64,000 bases of DNA from contig CAWFCQ010000004.1 in assembly GCA_963814375.1 (NCBI GenBank), positions 288,001 to 352,000 of the forward strand, written 5' to 3'. The stretch is from an uncultured Chloroflexia bacterium. GTDB lineage: Bacteria > Chloroflexota > Limnocylindria > QHBO01. Of this stretch, positions 39,225 to 52,539 are shown piece after piece. The notes under the pieces are model-generated. The model saw only the letters and a program-made list of their open reading frames with translations, ran no database searches and was not told where the DNA came from. A program made the position numbers and the translations under genes. Numbering within the stretch: position 1 is the first letter of the stretch; each line of letters starts with the position of its first letter.

Positions 39225-40001
39225 TCAGCGGTCGCTTTCTGCGCGCACCGGCCGGCCGATGACGAGGCCGAAGTCGAGCACCTCGTGAAGCAGCTCGAAC
39301 TCGGCCCAGCCCGAGCCGGCTCGCTCGGCGGCGGCGGGGGCGATCGGGTCGCCCGGGTGGTCGCGAGCGAAGGACGCGAGCGCCTCTCGGTAGGTCGCCC
39401 CATAGGCATCCCACTCGTCGCGCGACGCCAGCCGACTCCAGACCGGCTCCACGCCGCCGGCGCGCACCGAGCTACCTCGATCTCGTCGCTCATCACGTAG
39501 TCGTCGGCCGCCATGCCGAGCCGCTCGAGGGCATTCGGTGACGGCTGGCCGCGCCAGGCGCCCTCGCCGATGACGACGAGGCCCCCGGCCCTGACGAACC
39601 GCGCCGCCCATTGCCGCCAAGGCTTGCCAGCCCCCGGCGTCCCAACCGGGGCCGATGCACATGGCGAGGTCAAAGCCGCCGTCGGCCTCGAGCTCGTGGA
39701 CGTCGCCGAGCCGCAGGTCGACGCGGTCCATCGCCGGAGATCCGGCGAGGCGGCGACGCGCCTCCTCGATTGCGAAGGGAGAGGCATCGATGGCGAGCGC
39801 CGAGGCCCCGACACGCTCGGCGATTCGCCGCGACAGCTCGGCCGGACCGCATCCAAGGTCGACGGCGTTCGTCGCGGCGCCGACACCCAGCGCGGCCAGG
39901 CGCGCGACGACCTCGTCGATGGTCGGAGCGGAGATCGGCCCCCACATGAGCGAGCCGGTATGCGCGATCGCCGAGAGTCGCTGCCGCGTCGCGAGGTCCA
40001 C
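39225..40001 (-). CDS. Class I SAM-dependent methyltransferase (two compensating frameshifts, ~39612 and ~39470)
   Basis: VDLGCGPAEL, FDLAMCIG; middle segment VRAGGLVVIGEGAW lies in another frame; SRDEWDAY. Confidence 0.7.
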   Translation of the reverse strand: MDLATRQRLSAIAHTGSLMWGPISAPTIDEVVARLAALGVGAATNAVDLGCGPAELSRRIAERVGASALAIDASPFAIEEARRRLAGSPAMDRVDLRLGDVHELEADGGFDLAMCIGPGWDAGGWQALAAMGGAVRQGRGPRRHRRGRLARPAVTECPRAARHGGRRLRDERRDRGSSVRAGGVEPVWSRLASRDEWDAYGATYREALASFARDHPGDPIAPAAAERAGSGWAEFELLHEVLDFGLVIGRPVRAESDR

Positions 40002-40004
40002 TCG

Positions 40005-40376
40005 TCAGGACCGGTCCGCATCCTTGCGGCGGTCGCGCTCCTCGAATGCTCGCGTTCCCGCCGGATGCATCCGCCCGGCCGCGGTCAGCGCGGCGACCTT
40101 GGCGATGTTGACGGCGCTCCAGTTGCTCGTGGCGCGGCGCGGCGTGAATCGCGTCGTGTAGATCTCGTCGTCGATGCGCCGGGTGATGCCGTCGATCCAG
40201 CCGAAGCAGAGCGCCTCGTCGACCGATTCGGGATAGGTCATCGCCTTCTTGTCGGCGCCCTTCTTGTAGTACCCGACGAAGACCTCGTCCGCGCTGTCGT
40301 GGTTGCTGCTCAACCAGACGCGAAACTTCGCGGCTGTCGGGAAGATCCGGACGTCGTGCCGCGTCGGGATCTTCAT
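40005..40376 (-). CDS. YdeI/OmpD-associated family protein (N-terminal domain only)
   Basis: FRVWL..NH, VDEALCFGWIDG, RFTPRR..SNWSAVN, GRMHPAG. Confidence 0.78.
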   Translation of the reverse strand: MKIPTRHDVRIFPTAAKFRVWLSSNHDSADEVFVGYYKKGADKKAMTYPESVDEALCFGWIDGITRRIDDEIYTTRFTPRRATSNWSAVNIAKVAALTAAGRMHPAGTRAFEERDRRKDADRS

Positions 40377-40489
40377 CGGCTCGGCTCGAAGCGTGCGGAG
40401 AGCCGACACCAATCCTGTCGTGTACGCGACAATGCGCCGGCTGCTCGCATTCCTATCATCGATCCGGGTGATTCGTTGGGAGGCTGCTG

Positions 40490-40741
40490 ATGCCCCTGTT
40501 CCTGGATGAGCACGAGTACGTTCCGAACCTTACCGCGGAGGCCGTTGCGCAGGCACACGCCCGCGACCTGGAGGTCCAGGGCGCGCACGACGTCCGATAT
40601 CTGCGCTACTGGTTCGACGAGGCCACCGGCAAGGTCTTCTGCCTGGTCGAGGCGCCGACTCCCGATGCCGCCATCACCGTCCACCGTGAGGCGCACGGGC
40701 TCCTCGCCGATCGGCTGGTCGAGGTGAAGGAGGGGGTCTAG
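40490..40741 (+). CDS. DUF4242/SCO4226-like nickel-binding protein
   Basis: MPLFLDEH, AHARDLEVQ, YWFDEATGKVFCLVEAP, VHREAHGL. Confidence 0.88.
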   Translation: MPLFLDEHEYVPNLTAEAVAQAHARDLEVQGAHDVRYLRYWFDEATGKVFCLVEAPTPDAAITVHREAHGLLADRLVEVKEGV

Positions 40742-43501
40742 CCGAGGGCGAAGGCAACCGCCTCGTCCAGGCGCATGGCGCGACCCGCATCGAGTGCGGT
40801 CGCGACGGCGCTGTTGCCGATGCGCTGCGCCAGCCCGGCGACGAAGCGGTCGAGCTCGCTGCGCGCAGCCGCGGACAGTGGCGCACCGATCGACTCGCGC
40901 AGCGCCATCGCCGCTCCGATGAGCCGCGCGGAGCGTTCGGGGTCCTCCTCGGCGTTGCCGGCCAGACGCTCCAGGGCTCCTGCCGTGCCGGTCCGGTCGC
41001 CGAGACGGTGACGGATGGCCAGCGCCTCTCGATAGTGAGCCTCGGCCGAGACCGGGTCACTCGCCTCCGCGGATAGGTCGGCCAGGCCGACGAGCATCCG
41101 CGCCTCGCTGCGGCCGTCCGCGATCTCACGGTAGAGGGAACGCGCCGCCTCGTAGCGCTCCCGCGCCAGTGTCGGGTTCCCGCGCCGCCGCGCGCTCTGC
41201 GCGAGGCGCGCGGTGGCCTGTGCCGTTCCCCACTTGTCGCCGACCTCCTCGAACATGCCGATGGCCCGCGCGTAGAGGCCGTCTGCCTCTTCGGGGTCGC
41301 CGTGCCGCGCGGTCAGATCGGCCAGGTTGACGATCGAGAAGGCCGCCGCGTGACGATCACCGATCTCTTCGGCGATCGCGATGCCTCGCGGTAGAGGTCG
41401 CGGGCGCGGTCGATGTCGCCGAGCTCGATGGCGATGCTCGCCGCGTTGTTGCAGGCGGCGGCCACGCCCTGCGGGTTCCCGAGCTCGCGGTGGAGCACGA
41501 GGCTCGCCTCATGGAAGCCTGCAGCGGCGACGTTGTCACCTCGCTGGCTGGCGAGCACGCCGGCGCCGGTCAGGGCATTCGCGCGACGAGCCGATACCTC
41601 GCCTCCCGTCCGAGCGAGGGCGCGCTCGAGCCATGCGCCACCCTCGGCGGCGTGGCCCCGGATCTCCCAGAACCGCCACAGGCCTGACGCCATGCTCAGC
41701 TCGGCGCCCGCACCGTCGGGGTCCTCGTCGGACCAGTTGAGGGCCGCGCGCAGGTTGTCGTGGTCCTCGGCGAGCCTGGTGAGCCAGATGGCCTGCTCGC
41801 CGCCCGCGAAGAAGCCCGGTCGTGCCTGGTCGACCAGCGCCACGAACCAGTCACGGTGTCGCCCATGGGTCTCGGACGCGTCGCCGGTCTCGGCGAGACG
41901 TTCCTGGGCGTAATCCCGGATCGTCTCGAGCATGCGATAGCGGGCCTCGCTGGCGGTCGGTTCGGCGACGAGCAGAGACTTGTCGACCAGCCGCGCCAGG
42001 AGATCGAGCATGTCTTCGGCCTGCACCGGGCCGCCGCTTGCAACGGCTTCTGCGGCCTCGAGCGAGAAGGCGCCGGCGAAGACGGAGAGACGGGGCACGA
42101 GGGCCTGCTCCGCCTCGGGCAGGAGGTCGAAGCTCCAGTCGAACGTGGCGCGCAGGGTCCGGTGCCGGGGGAGAGCGGTCCGGCTGCCGCCGGTCAGGAG
42201 GCGGAACCGGTGGTCGAGTCGCGCCGCGATCTGCGCGGGCGGCAGCGAGCGGACGCGCGCCGCGGCCAGCTCGATGGCCAGCGGGATGCCGTCGAGGCGC
42301 CGGCAGATCTGCGCCACCGCATCCGCGTTGGCCGCGGTCAGCCCGAAGCTCGACTCGACCGCTCGCGCACGCTCCAGGAATAGGCGCACCGCGTCGTAGG
42401 AGCCGACGGCGTCGACGTTCGCCCCGCCTCCGGAGGCGGCGACCTCCAGGTCCGGCACGCCCATCGATGGAACCGGGACGAGGCTCTCGCCGCTCATGCC
42501 GAGTGCCTCACGTGACGTCGCGATGATCCGCACGCCCGGGCACCGGCGCAGCAGCGCATCGGCGACCTCGACGACCGCGTCGATGACGTGCTCGCAGTTA
42601 TCGAGGATGAGCAGCGCCTCCTGGTCGGCCAGGGCGGCCGTGATCGCCGCCACCGAGTCGTCGGAAGCCGGTTTGAGCCGCAGCGTCGAGATGAGCGTGG
42701 GAGCAACCAGGGAAGGCTCATCGAGCGCCGAGAGGTCCACGAACCACACGCCACCGGGGTACCGGTCGACGAGGTGTGCCCCGACCTCCAGCGCGATCCG
42801 GGTCTTGCCCACGCCGCCGGCGCCGGTCAGCGTCAGAAGGGCAGTTGACCCGAGCCTGGCCTCGGCATCGGCGATCTCCTGGCTGCGCCCCACGAAGCTC
42901 GATGGCTGTCGCGGGAGGTTGTTCGGGAGCGTATCGAGCGTGCGCAGGGCCGGAAAGTCGGCGGGCAGGTCGGGCGCCAAGACCTGGTAAAGCCGAACAC
43001 CCGACGCGAGATCCTTGAGGTGATGCTCGCCCAGGTCGCGCAGGCTGACGCCCTCGGGAAGGGCGGAGCCGAGAAGCGCTCGGGCCGAGTCCGAGACCAG
43101 GATCTGCCCGCCGTGACCGGCGGCGCAGATGCGTGCGGCGCGATGCACGTCGATCCCGACGTACCCGGTCTGCGAGCTCATCGGCTCGCCGGTGTGGAGA
43201 CCCATGCGGACCCCGAGATCGATGCCCTGCGGCCACGCGTGCGCGCGCAGCGCACGCTGCGCATCGAGGCATGCCAGCAGCGCACTGCGAGCGGTCGAGA
43301 AAGGAGACGAAGAGCCCATCGCCCGCCGCATCGACACGCTTGCCGCCCTGCGCCTCGACTGCCGCGTCCACGATCTCGGTGATGGTCCGCCAGGAGCGTG
43401 GCGTACTCGTCACCGAGCTGCTCGAGCAACCGGGTCGAGCCATCGATGTCGGTGAAGACGAGGCTGACCGTTCCGGCGGCTGGCTCCAACGCCACCCTCA
43501 C
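40738..43501 (-). CDS. Adenylate/guanylate cyclase-STAND (NB-ARC) ATPase-TPR protein (frameshifts ~43378, ~43300, ~41385)
   Basis: FTDIDGST, AGDG, RMGLHTG, VHRAARI; NNLP, GAGGVGKT, LILDNCEH, ATSRE, LDGIPLAIELAA; TPR-like C-terminus. Confidence 0.85.
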
Positions 43502-44370
43502 CAGCCGCCGACGTCGCGGATGAGCCGATGCAGGACGCGGCCGGCCACGAGCCGCCGATAGTCGGCGGTGGAACGGACGTCGTCGATCGGGTTCAGCTCA
43601 CCGGAGAGCGCAGCGACCGCCGCATCCGCCGTCTCGCGCGTGGGTGACGAGCCGTCGAGCACGGCCTCGGTTGCTGGAGCCCGCACCGTCGTGGCCGCAA
43701 CCGAGCCGAGGGCGAGGCGCACGTCGGCCCACCCGCTGCCGCTGCCAGCCTCGGTCCAGGTCAGCGCCATGACGACCTTGCTGATCGCCTGCGCCCGTCG
43801 CGTGCCGACCTTGCGGAACCGGACCCGTCGTTCGGCGACCAGCGGGATGCGGACCCGGAGCAGCAGCTCGTCGTCGTGCCGCGCCGTGGTGCGATAGGCG
43901 GGCCAGAACTCCGCGGCGGGCACGGTCCGCTCGCCGCTCGCCGATCCCAGCACCATCTCGGCGTCGAGCGCGAGGAGCAGGGGCAGCGTGTCGCCGGCGG
44001 GCGACGCGTTGATCGCGTTCCCCCCGATCGTGCCGCGATTCTGAATCTGTGCGGCGCCGATGGTGGCGGCGGCCTCGGCCAACGCCGGGAGGAGCTCGGC
44101 GACCACCGGCGAGCCGCGGATCTCGGTGTACGTCGTCAGCGCCCCCAGGACCAGGCTCTCGCCCTCAGCCCGGATGCCGCGCAGCTCGTCGAGGGCCCAG
44201 ATGTCGAGGACCCGCGCCGGTGGCTCGCCGATCTCACCGGCGAGCTGCACCATCAGGTCCGTCCCGCCCGCAACCGGGCGCCATGGCGCGCCGGACGCAT
44301 CGGCCATGAGCGCGAGGGCCGCTTCCAGGCGGGTGGGGGACTCGGACGGCGGCTCGACCGCGTTCGGCAT
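43498..44370 (-). CDS. Xanthine dehydrogenase family FAD-binding subunit
   Basis: AGGTDL, QIQNRGTIGGN, ASPAGD, KVGTRRAQAISK, PIDDVRSTADYR. Confidence 0.9.
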   Translation of the reverse strand: MPNAVEPPSESPTRLEAALALMADASGAPWRPVAGGTDLMVQLAGEIGEPPARVLDIWALDELRGIRAEGESLVLGALTTYTEIRGSPVVAELLPALAEAAATIGAAQIQNRGTIGGNAINASPAGDTLPLLLALDAEMVLGSASGERTVPAAEFWPAYRTTARHDDELLLRVRIPLVAERRVRFRKVGTRRAQAISKVVMALTWTEAGSGSGWADVRLALGSVAATTVRAPATEAVLDGSSPTRETADAAVAALSGELNPIDDVRSTADYRRLVAGRVLHRLIRDVGGW

Positions 44371-44382
44371 CGGGGAAGAACG

Positions 44383-44536
44383 CTAGCCGCGCAGCCCGCG
44401 CAGGATGCGCAGGAGGACGAAGAGGCCGATCACGATGAGGATCAGCTGGCCCGGGTGTGAAGGCGAGGGTGATGTCCCTCTCGTCGAGAGCCTCCTGGAA
44501 CGTTGCGGTGCGGTCGCGGGGAATCTCGTCGGTCAT
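44383..44536 (-). CDS. Single-TM microprotein (~50 aa) inside the xdh operon (+1 frameshift near 44452)
   Basis: ATGA overlap with the 2Fe-2S gene; MTDEIPRDRTATFQEALDERDITLAFTP|GQLILIVIGLFVLLRILRGLRG*. Confidence 0.5.
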
Positions 44537-44999
44537 GTACGTGGACCTCGTGCTGCAGCGAGGGCGATCGCATCGATGATCTTCGTGTAGCCGGTGCAGC
44601 GGCACAGGTTGCCCGCGATCGCCTCGCGGATGTTCTCCTCCGTCGGCTCGGCGCCGCTGCGCAGGAATGCGTCACCAGCGATCAGCATGCCGGGCGTGCA
44701 GATCCCGCATTGTGCGCCGCCGGTCTGGAGAAAGGCCTCCTGGAGAGCTCCGAGCTGGCCCGGAGGCGCAAGCCCCTCCACCGTCGTCACCGATGCGCCC
44801 CGCGCCTGGCTGACCGGCACGAGGCACGCATCCACCACGGCCCCGTCGAGGAGGACGCTGCACGCGCCGCATTCCCCTTCGCCGCAGCCCTCCTTGGTCC
44901 CGGTCAGTGCGAGATCCTCGCGCAGGACGTCGAGCAGGCGGCGTGTGCCGGTCACTTCGACCTCGACGGGGTCTCCGTTGACGGTGAAGGCGAAGCTCA

Positions 45000-45000
<1 letters not shown>
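44533..45000 (-). CDS. Xanthine dehydrogenase family (2Fe-2S) subunit
   Basis: GTKEGCGEGECGAC, QCGICTPG, GNLCRCTGY. Confidence 0.93.
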
Positions 45001-47393
<2,393 letters not shown>

Positions 47394-47494
47394 TCACGCA
47401 TCGTACCGCCTCATCGGCAGCGCATTGACACGCTCACTACCCTGTGTCGAGCGACCGAGCACCGAGCGACCCGAGACCGACCACGGAGGAGCCC

Positions 47495-47973
47495 ATGGAC
47501 TGGCCAGCGAAGCTGTTCCTGTACCTGCACATCGCCGGAGTGATCATCGCCTTCGGCCCGACGATCGCCTTCCCCTTCATCAGCGCGCGAGCGGCCAAGG
47601 AGCCGATGCACGGCAACTTCGTGCTGCGCTCGTCGGAGTGGATCACCGCCCGCGTGGTCGAACCCGGGAGCGGTCTTCGTCTTTCTGATGGGCGTCGGGC
47701 TGATCGTGACCGGGCGCTACAGCCTCGTCGACGACCTGTGGGTCACGGTGTCGATCGTGCTGTTCCTCGTCACCCTCTCCTTCTCGTACTTCGTCCAGCT
47801 GCGCACGGTGCAGGAGATGATCGCGCTCACGAGCGGACCACCACCCGCCGGACGCGCCTCCCGGTCCGCCGCCAGGCTTCGCCGAGCTCGGCCGCCGCGC
47901 CGCGCGGGGCGGTATGTTCATGACCGTGATGCTCTTCGCGATCCTGTTCCTGATGGTCGTCAAGCCGTTCTGA
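47495..47973 (+). CDS. DUF2269 family membrane protein (frameshifts ~47670 and ~47860)
   Basis: LYLHIAGVIIAFGP; LWVTVSIVLF; C-terminal ILFLMVVKPF*; GGAGGAG RBS. Confidence 0.7.
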
Positions 47974-47982
47974 CGGATCGGA

Positions 47983-48386
47983 TCAGCGGCGCTCGCTGAT
48001 CTCGAGGAGATGACCATCGGGTCGCGGAAGAAGGCTCGGATCTCCCAGGCGGAGGTTGACGGCGGAGCGAGGAACTCCGCCCCGCGTGCCCGGAGCGTCT
48101 CGTAGGCGGCCATGCAGTCCGGGACGCGAAACGTCAGCTCGTGCGCGACGGTGTCCGGGTCCTCCGGGGCCGCGAAGGTGACCGTCGGCTTGTCGTCGGT
48201 CGGTTCGCCGCCGGTCACGAGGAGGAGCCAGAGGCCCTGGAGCTGCATCACCGCCGACGTCCCGCCGTACTGGCGATGATCGGTGGCGCCCAGGACCTCG
48301 CGATACCAGGTTCGAGCACGCTCGACGTCGCCGACGACCCGCAGCAGCGTGACCTCGACCTCCGGGGTTGGAAACGGTGCATCCAT
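47983..48386 (-). CDS. VOC family protein (frameshift near 48020)
   Basis: WYREVLGA, LTFRVPDC, EIRAFFRDP|DGHLLEIS. Confidence 0.8.
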
Positions 48387-48402
48387 CCGCGGATCGTAGA
48401 CC

Positions 48403-50010
48403 TCAGCGGCCGCCCCGGACGACTCGGCCGGGTCGTGCACCGGTGTGCTGGCCGCCCTCCACCACCACCTCGCCGGCGACGATGACCCACTCGATCCCGT
48501 CCGGGAACTGACGCGGGTCCTCGTAGGTCGCGTTCGAGCGGACGCGGGCGGGGTCGAAGACGACGAGATCGGCCACCATGCCATCGGCGATCCGCCCCCG
48601 GTCCGTCAGGCCAAGCCGGGCGGCGGGCGCGGACGTCATCGAGCGGACCGCTTCCTCGAGCGAGATGAGCGCCTCCTCGCGGACGAACTGGCCGAGCACC
48701 CGCGGGAACGAGCCGTAGGTGCGCGGGGAGGGCTTCTCGGCCACGAAGGTCGAGTCGGTGCCGATCATCCCGACCGGGTGGCGGATGAAGTCGCGCAACG
48801 ACTCCGTCCACGGACCAGGTGTCACCTGGTTGACACGCAGATCCTCCTCCAGCAGGAGGTCGCACAGAACGTCGACCGGGTCGGCGCCGCGCTCGTCGAT
48901 CACCTCGCCGAGCGTGCTGCCCTCCCAGCGCAGCAGCTCGGGGCGAGTGAAGGCCCCGAGGCGGACGTCGTGCCAGGCGCCCCGACCGGCGTAGAGGACA
49001 CCGCGCTCCGCCAGCTCGCGACGGATCCGGTCCCGGACCGATGCGTCCGCCAGGCGTTCCTTGGTCGGCATCGGTCCGCCCGCCTGGACCCAGGGCGGAA
49101 TCATGATGAGGAGGCGGGTGCTGGCCCACTCGTACGGGTAGGTGTCGTAGGTGACGTCGAGGCCTTCGGCACGGGCATCGTCGACGAGCGCCAGCATCGG
49201 CTCCGGCCCGCCGGGGAAGGTCTGCCGGTGGTAGAAGTGGGTGATGTGCGCGGGCCCCTCGCCGCGCCGGCCGATCTCGATCGCCTCGCGGAAGGGGTCG
49301 AGGTACCGATCGCCGAGCGCGTAGCGCACGTGGGTGTGATAGAAGCCGCCATGGAGCGCCGCCTCGTTCGTGAGCTGCGCCAGCTCATCGGTGCTCGCGT
49401 ACGCGCCGGGCGGATAGTCGAGCCCGGACGAGAGGCCGATGGCGCCCTGCTCCATCGCCTCGCGCAGCATGGCGCGCATGTCGCGGACCTGGGCCTCGGT
49501 TGCCTCGACCTCGTCCCACCCGACGGCCGCCATGCGCAGCGCGCTGTTCCCGACCAGCAGCGCCAGGTTGACCGATGGGCGCAGAGCGTCGAGGCGGTCG
49601 AGGTAGCTCTCGACGCTCGACCAGTCGAGCGGCTTCGCCTCCTCGGGGGCGCCGTCGAGGCCGGCGTTCATGTGCACGAGAGCCTCGAGGTCTCGAGCAT
49701 CCGGGATCGGCGCGTAGCTCAGCCCGTCGACCCCGATGACCTCGGTCGTGACGCCCTGCCGCACCTTCGGCTCGTGGGTCGGGTCGGCGAAGATCATCAG
49801 CCCCGAGTGACTGTGCAGGTCGATGAAGCCCGGGGCGACGACGAGGCCGCGGGCGTCGATCCGCCGGCCAGCCTCGGCCGTTTCCTCGGTCTCGCCGAAG
49901 GCGAGCTCGAGTCTTCCGGCTCGGACGCCGACCGCCGCCGCAAATCCGTCGGCACCCGTGCCGTCGACAACGGTGCCGTTCTCGATGATCAGGTCGTACG
50001 GCTCAGGCAC
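48403..50010 (-). CDS. N-acyl-D-amino-acid deacylase (D-aminoacylase) family amidohydrolase
   Basis: APGFIDLHSHS, QGVTTEV, GLSSGLDYPPG, PRTYGSFPRVLG, ADLVVFDP, HTGARPG. Confidence 0.88.
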   Translation of the reverse strand: MPEPYDLIIENGTVVDGTGADGFAAAVGVRAGRLELAFGETEETAEAGRRIDARGLVVAPGFIDLHSHSGLMIFADPTHEPKVRQGVTTEVIGVDGLSYAPIPDARDLEALVHMNAGLDGAPEEAKPLDWSSVESYLDRLDALRPSVNLALLVGNSALRMAAVGWDEVEATEAQVRDMRAMLREAMEQGAIGLSSGLDYPPGAYASTDELAQLTNEAALHGGFYHTHVRYALGDRYLDPFREAIEIGRRGEGPAHITHFYHRQTFPGGPEPMLALVDDARAEGLDVTYDTYPYEWASTRLLIMIPPWVQAGGPMPTKERLADASVRDRIRRELAERGVLYAGRGAWHDVRLGAFTRPELLRWEGSTLGEVIDERGADPVDVLCDLLLEEDLRVNQVTPGPWTESLRDFIRHPVGMIGTDSTFVAEKPSPRTYGSFPRVLGQFVREEALISLEEAVRSMTSAPAARLGLTDRGRIADGMVADLVVFDPARVRSNATYEDPRQFPDGIEWVIVAGEVVVEGGQHTGARPGRVVRGGR

Positions 50011-50016
50011 GCAAAG

Positions 50017-50502
50017 TCAGGCGGGCGGAGCCCAGCTCTGGAGCTCGACGGCATTGCCCTCCGGATCGGTGACGTAGCACCACGTGACGCGGCGACCATC
50101 CGCGGTGGTGAGCGTGACCACCTCACCGATGGGTCTGCCCCCGGCCGCAAAGACCTGCTCTCGGGCAGCCTCCACGTCGTCGACCGCGAAGGCGAGGTGG
50201 CCCCAGCCGGGGTGATCGATCGAGCGTCCCACCGCCTCGCCGGTCGAGGCGAAGGTGTAGATCTCCAGCGTCGGCCCGTTGTCACCGTACCCGGGCAGGC
50301 GCAGGTGGACTCCCTTCAGGGCGGCACCCGGGACGGCCGTGCCACGCTCGAGGTCCGCACTGGCGTAGTCGCGCTCGGGCGGCACGGGCACGCAGCCGAA
50401 GAGGCGCTGGTAGAAGTCGGCGAGGCTGCGCCAGTCACGCGCGATGAGATTCGTGTGGCCATATCGCGCGCCCGCGATGGTGGCCGAGGTTGCATCTGCC
50501 AT
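50017..50502 (-). CDS. VOC family protein
   Basis: YGHTNL, FYQRLFGC, GWGHLAFAVDDV, DPEGNAVELQ. Confidence 0.85.
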   Translation of the reverse strand: MADATSATIAGARYGHTNLIARDWRSLADFYQRLFGCVPVPPERDYASADLERGTAVPGAALKGVHLRLPGYGDNGPTLEIYTFASTGEAVGRSIDHPGWGHLAFAVDDVEAAREQVFAAGGRPIGEVVTLTTADGRRVTWCYVTDPEGNAVELQSWAPPA

Positions 50503-50552
50503 GCGCCCATCCTAGGCCGTCTCCGGAGTCTCCAGAGTCCAGAATGCCGAGC

Positions 50553-51156
50553 ATGGATGAGCCGATGCGGATCGCCGCGCTGATCCTTGCCGCGGGCGAG
50601 TCCACGCCGCTTTGGATCTCAGAAGCAGCGTGCGCGGATCGGCGATCGCACGCTGCTCGAGGCGGTCATCGGCGTTGCGGCGCAGGCCGGCCTGAGTCCC
50701 ATCCTCGTGGTCGTCCCACCCCAGCTGCCCGTGCCCCCGCAGGTCGTCCCGGTCGTCAACACCAGGCCGTCCGAGGGCATCAGCCGATCGCTGCGGCTCG
50801 GCATCGGCGCGCTCCCGGCCGACATCGATGGTGCGGTGATCCTCCTTGGCGATCAGCCGACGTTGGCACCTGGGTCGATTCGGGCACTGCTCGCCGCAGC
50901 GACGCTGCGGCCCCTCGTTGCCGCACGAGCTGGAGGGGTCGTCGCCCCACCGGTGCTGATCAGACGCGAGGCATTCGGTCTCGTCGACGAGGCCAGCGGC
51001 GACATCGGCCTGGCGCCGATCATCGAGGCCAATCCGGAGCTCGTGACCATCGTCGAGATCGGCGAGCACGCGCCGGACATCGACACGCCCGAGGATCTGG
51101 AGGCAGTCGCGGAGACTAGAATCGCTCACATGTTCGATTCGGGCACGGACCGATGA
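50553..51156 (+). CDS. mocA: Molybdenum cofactor cytidylyltransferase-like nucleotidyltransferase (frameshift near 50605)
   Basis: ALILAAGES|RRFG..K, EGISRSLRLG, LLGDQP, GDIG, DIDTPEDL; close to the xdh genes. Confidence 0.75.
51117..51137 (+). promoter_or_regulatory. -10 TAGAAT plus imperfect LexA-like box upstream of ruvB
   Basis: TAGAAT 51117-51122; TCGCTCACATGTTCGA 51122-51137 (2 mismatches to TCGAAC-N4-GTTCGA). Confidence 0.4.
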
Positions 51157-52205
51157 CGATCGAGCGCATCACCGCGGTCGATGTGGCCCCGGACGAGCGC
51201 GCGCTCGAGACGACCGTCCGCCCGCGTCGCCTCGACGAGTTCGCCGGACAGGATCGGATCAAGGAGAACCTGGCGATCCTGATCGACGCTGCCCAGCATC
51301 GGTCCGACCCGGTCGATCACATCCTCCTGTACGGCCCTCCGGGACTGGGCAAGACCACGCTGGCGAACATCGTGGCGGCCGAGATGGGCGCCCAGATTCG
51401 GACCACGTCGGGCCCCGCCATCGAGCGGGCCGGCGACCTCGCCGCCGTCCTGACCAGCCTTGCGAGCGGCGACGTCCTCTTCATCGACGAGATCCATCGG
51501 CTCAGCCACGTCGTGGAGGAGATCCTCTATCCGGCGATGGAGGACTTCGCCCTCGACGTGGTCCTGGGCAAGGGCCCGGGTGCGCGGACGGTCAGGCTCC
51601 AGATCGAACAGGTGACCGTTATCGGCGCGACCACGCGGGTCGGCAGCATCACCGGCCCACTGCGCGACCGATTCGGCGTGACCTATCGGCTCGATTACTA
51701 CACCGATGCAGAGCTCGAGCGCATCCTCCGCCGATCCGCCGAGATCCTCGAGATCTCCCTCGCCGATGACGCCGCCGCGCTCGTCGCGCGCCGGTCGCGT
51801 GGCACGCCGCGCATCGCGAACCGCCTCCTGAAGCGGGTGCGCGACTACGCCCAGGTCCGCGGTGGGGGAGACGAGGCCGTCACGGCGACGCTCGCTGTTG
51901 ACGCGCTCTCCCTGCTCGAGATCGACGAGCGCGGGCTCGACGCGATGGACCGCCAGCTCCTGCGCGCGATCGCCGAGCACCATGGCGGAGGACCGGTCGG
52001 TCTCGCCACCATGGCGGCGACCGTCTCCGAACCGATCGAGACGATCGAGGACGTGGTCGAGCCCTACCTGATGCAGATCGGCTTCCTGGCGCGGACCCCA
52101 CGCGGGCGGCAGCTCACCACGTCCGGCTGGGAGCATCTCGGCCTCACCGCGCCGACGGCTGCGGGCGCCGGCCCCGTCGCCCAGCCCGGCCTCTTCGACG
52201 GCTGA
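51153..52205 (+). CDS. ruvB: Holliday junction branch migration helicase RuvB
   Basis: GPPGLGKTTLA, LFIDEIHR, LYPAMED, GATTR, SRGTPRIAN, RTPRGR. Confidence 0.97.
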   Translation: MTIERITAVDVAPDERALETTVRPRRLDEFAGQDRIKENLAILIDAAQHRSDPVDHILLYGPPGLGKTTLANIVAAEMGAQIRTTSGPAIERAGDLAAVLTSLASGDVLFIDEIHRLSHVVEEILYPAMEDFALDVVLGKGPGARTVRLQIEQVTVIGATTRVGSITGPLRDRFGVTYRLDYYTDAELERILRRSAEILEISLADDAAALVARRSRGTPRIANRLLKRVRDYAQVRGGGDEAVTATLAVDALSLLEIDERGLDAMDRQLLRAIAEHHGGGPVGLATMAATVSEPIETIEDVVEPYLMQIGFLARTPRGRQLTTSGWEHLGLTAPTAAGAGPVAQPGLFDG

Positions 52206-52208
52206 TCG

Positions 52209-52424
52209 ATGAGCCCGGAGGTCGGGCGCATCGTGCTCGTCATCGGCCTCGTGCTGGTCGTCATTGGCGGATTGGCGGTTCTCGGCGTGCGGCTGCCGTT
52301 CGGGCGGCTGCCCGGTGACATCGCGATCGAAGGCGAGCGCGGCGGCATCTACATCCCGATTGCAACCATGATCGTCCTGAGCGTGATCCTCACGGTGGTG
52401 GTGAACCTCTTCTGGCGGCGCTGA
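52209..52424 (+). CDS. DUF2905 family small membrane protein
   Basis: FGRLPGDI...YIPIATMIVLS; usual position after ruvB. Confidence 0.88.
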   Translation: MSPEVGRIVLVIGLVLVVIGGLAVLGVRLPFGRLPGDIAIEGERGGIYIPIATMIVLSVILTVVVNLFWRR

Positions 52425-52539
52425 GGCGCGCAGGGAATGCCGCCGTGACCGCCCCGTGGCGGAGTAGGCTGCGCGGCGGCACCGGTGCCCAACATGGTGT
52501 CGGGTCACGGGTGTGCCAAGGAGCGGAGGGTGAACCCGA

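Noticed and set aside
47448-47482. CCGAG-type short tandem repeats before DUF2269
   Set aside because: Imperfect and short; expected in GC-rich leaders
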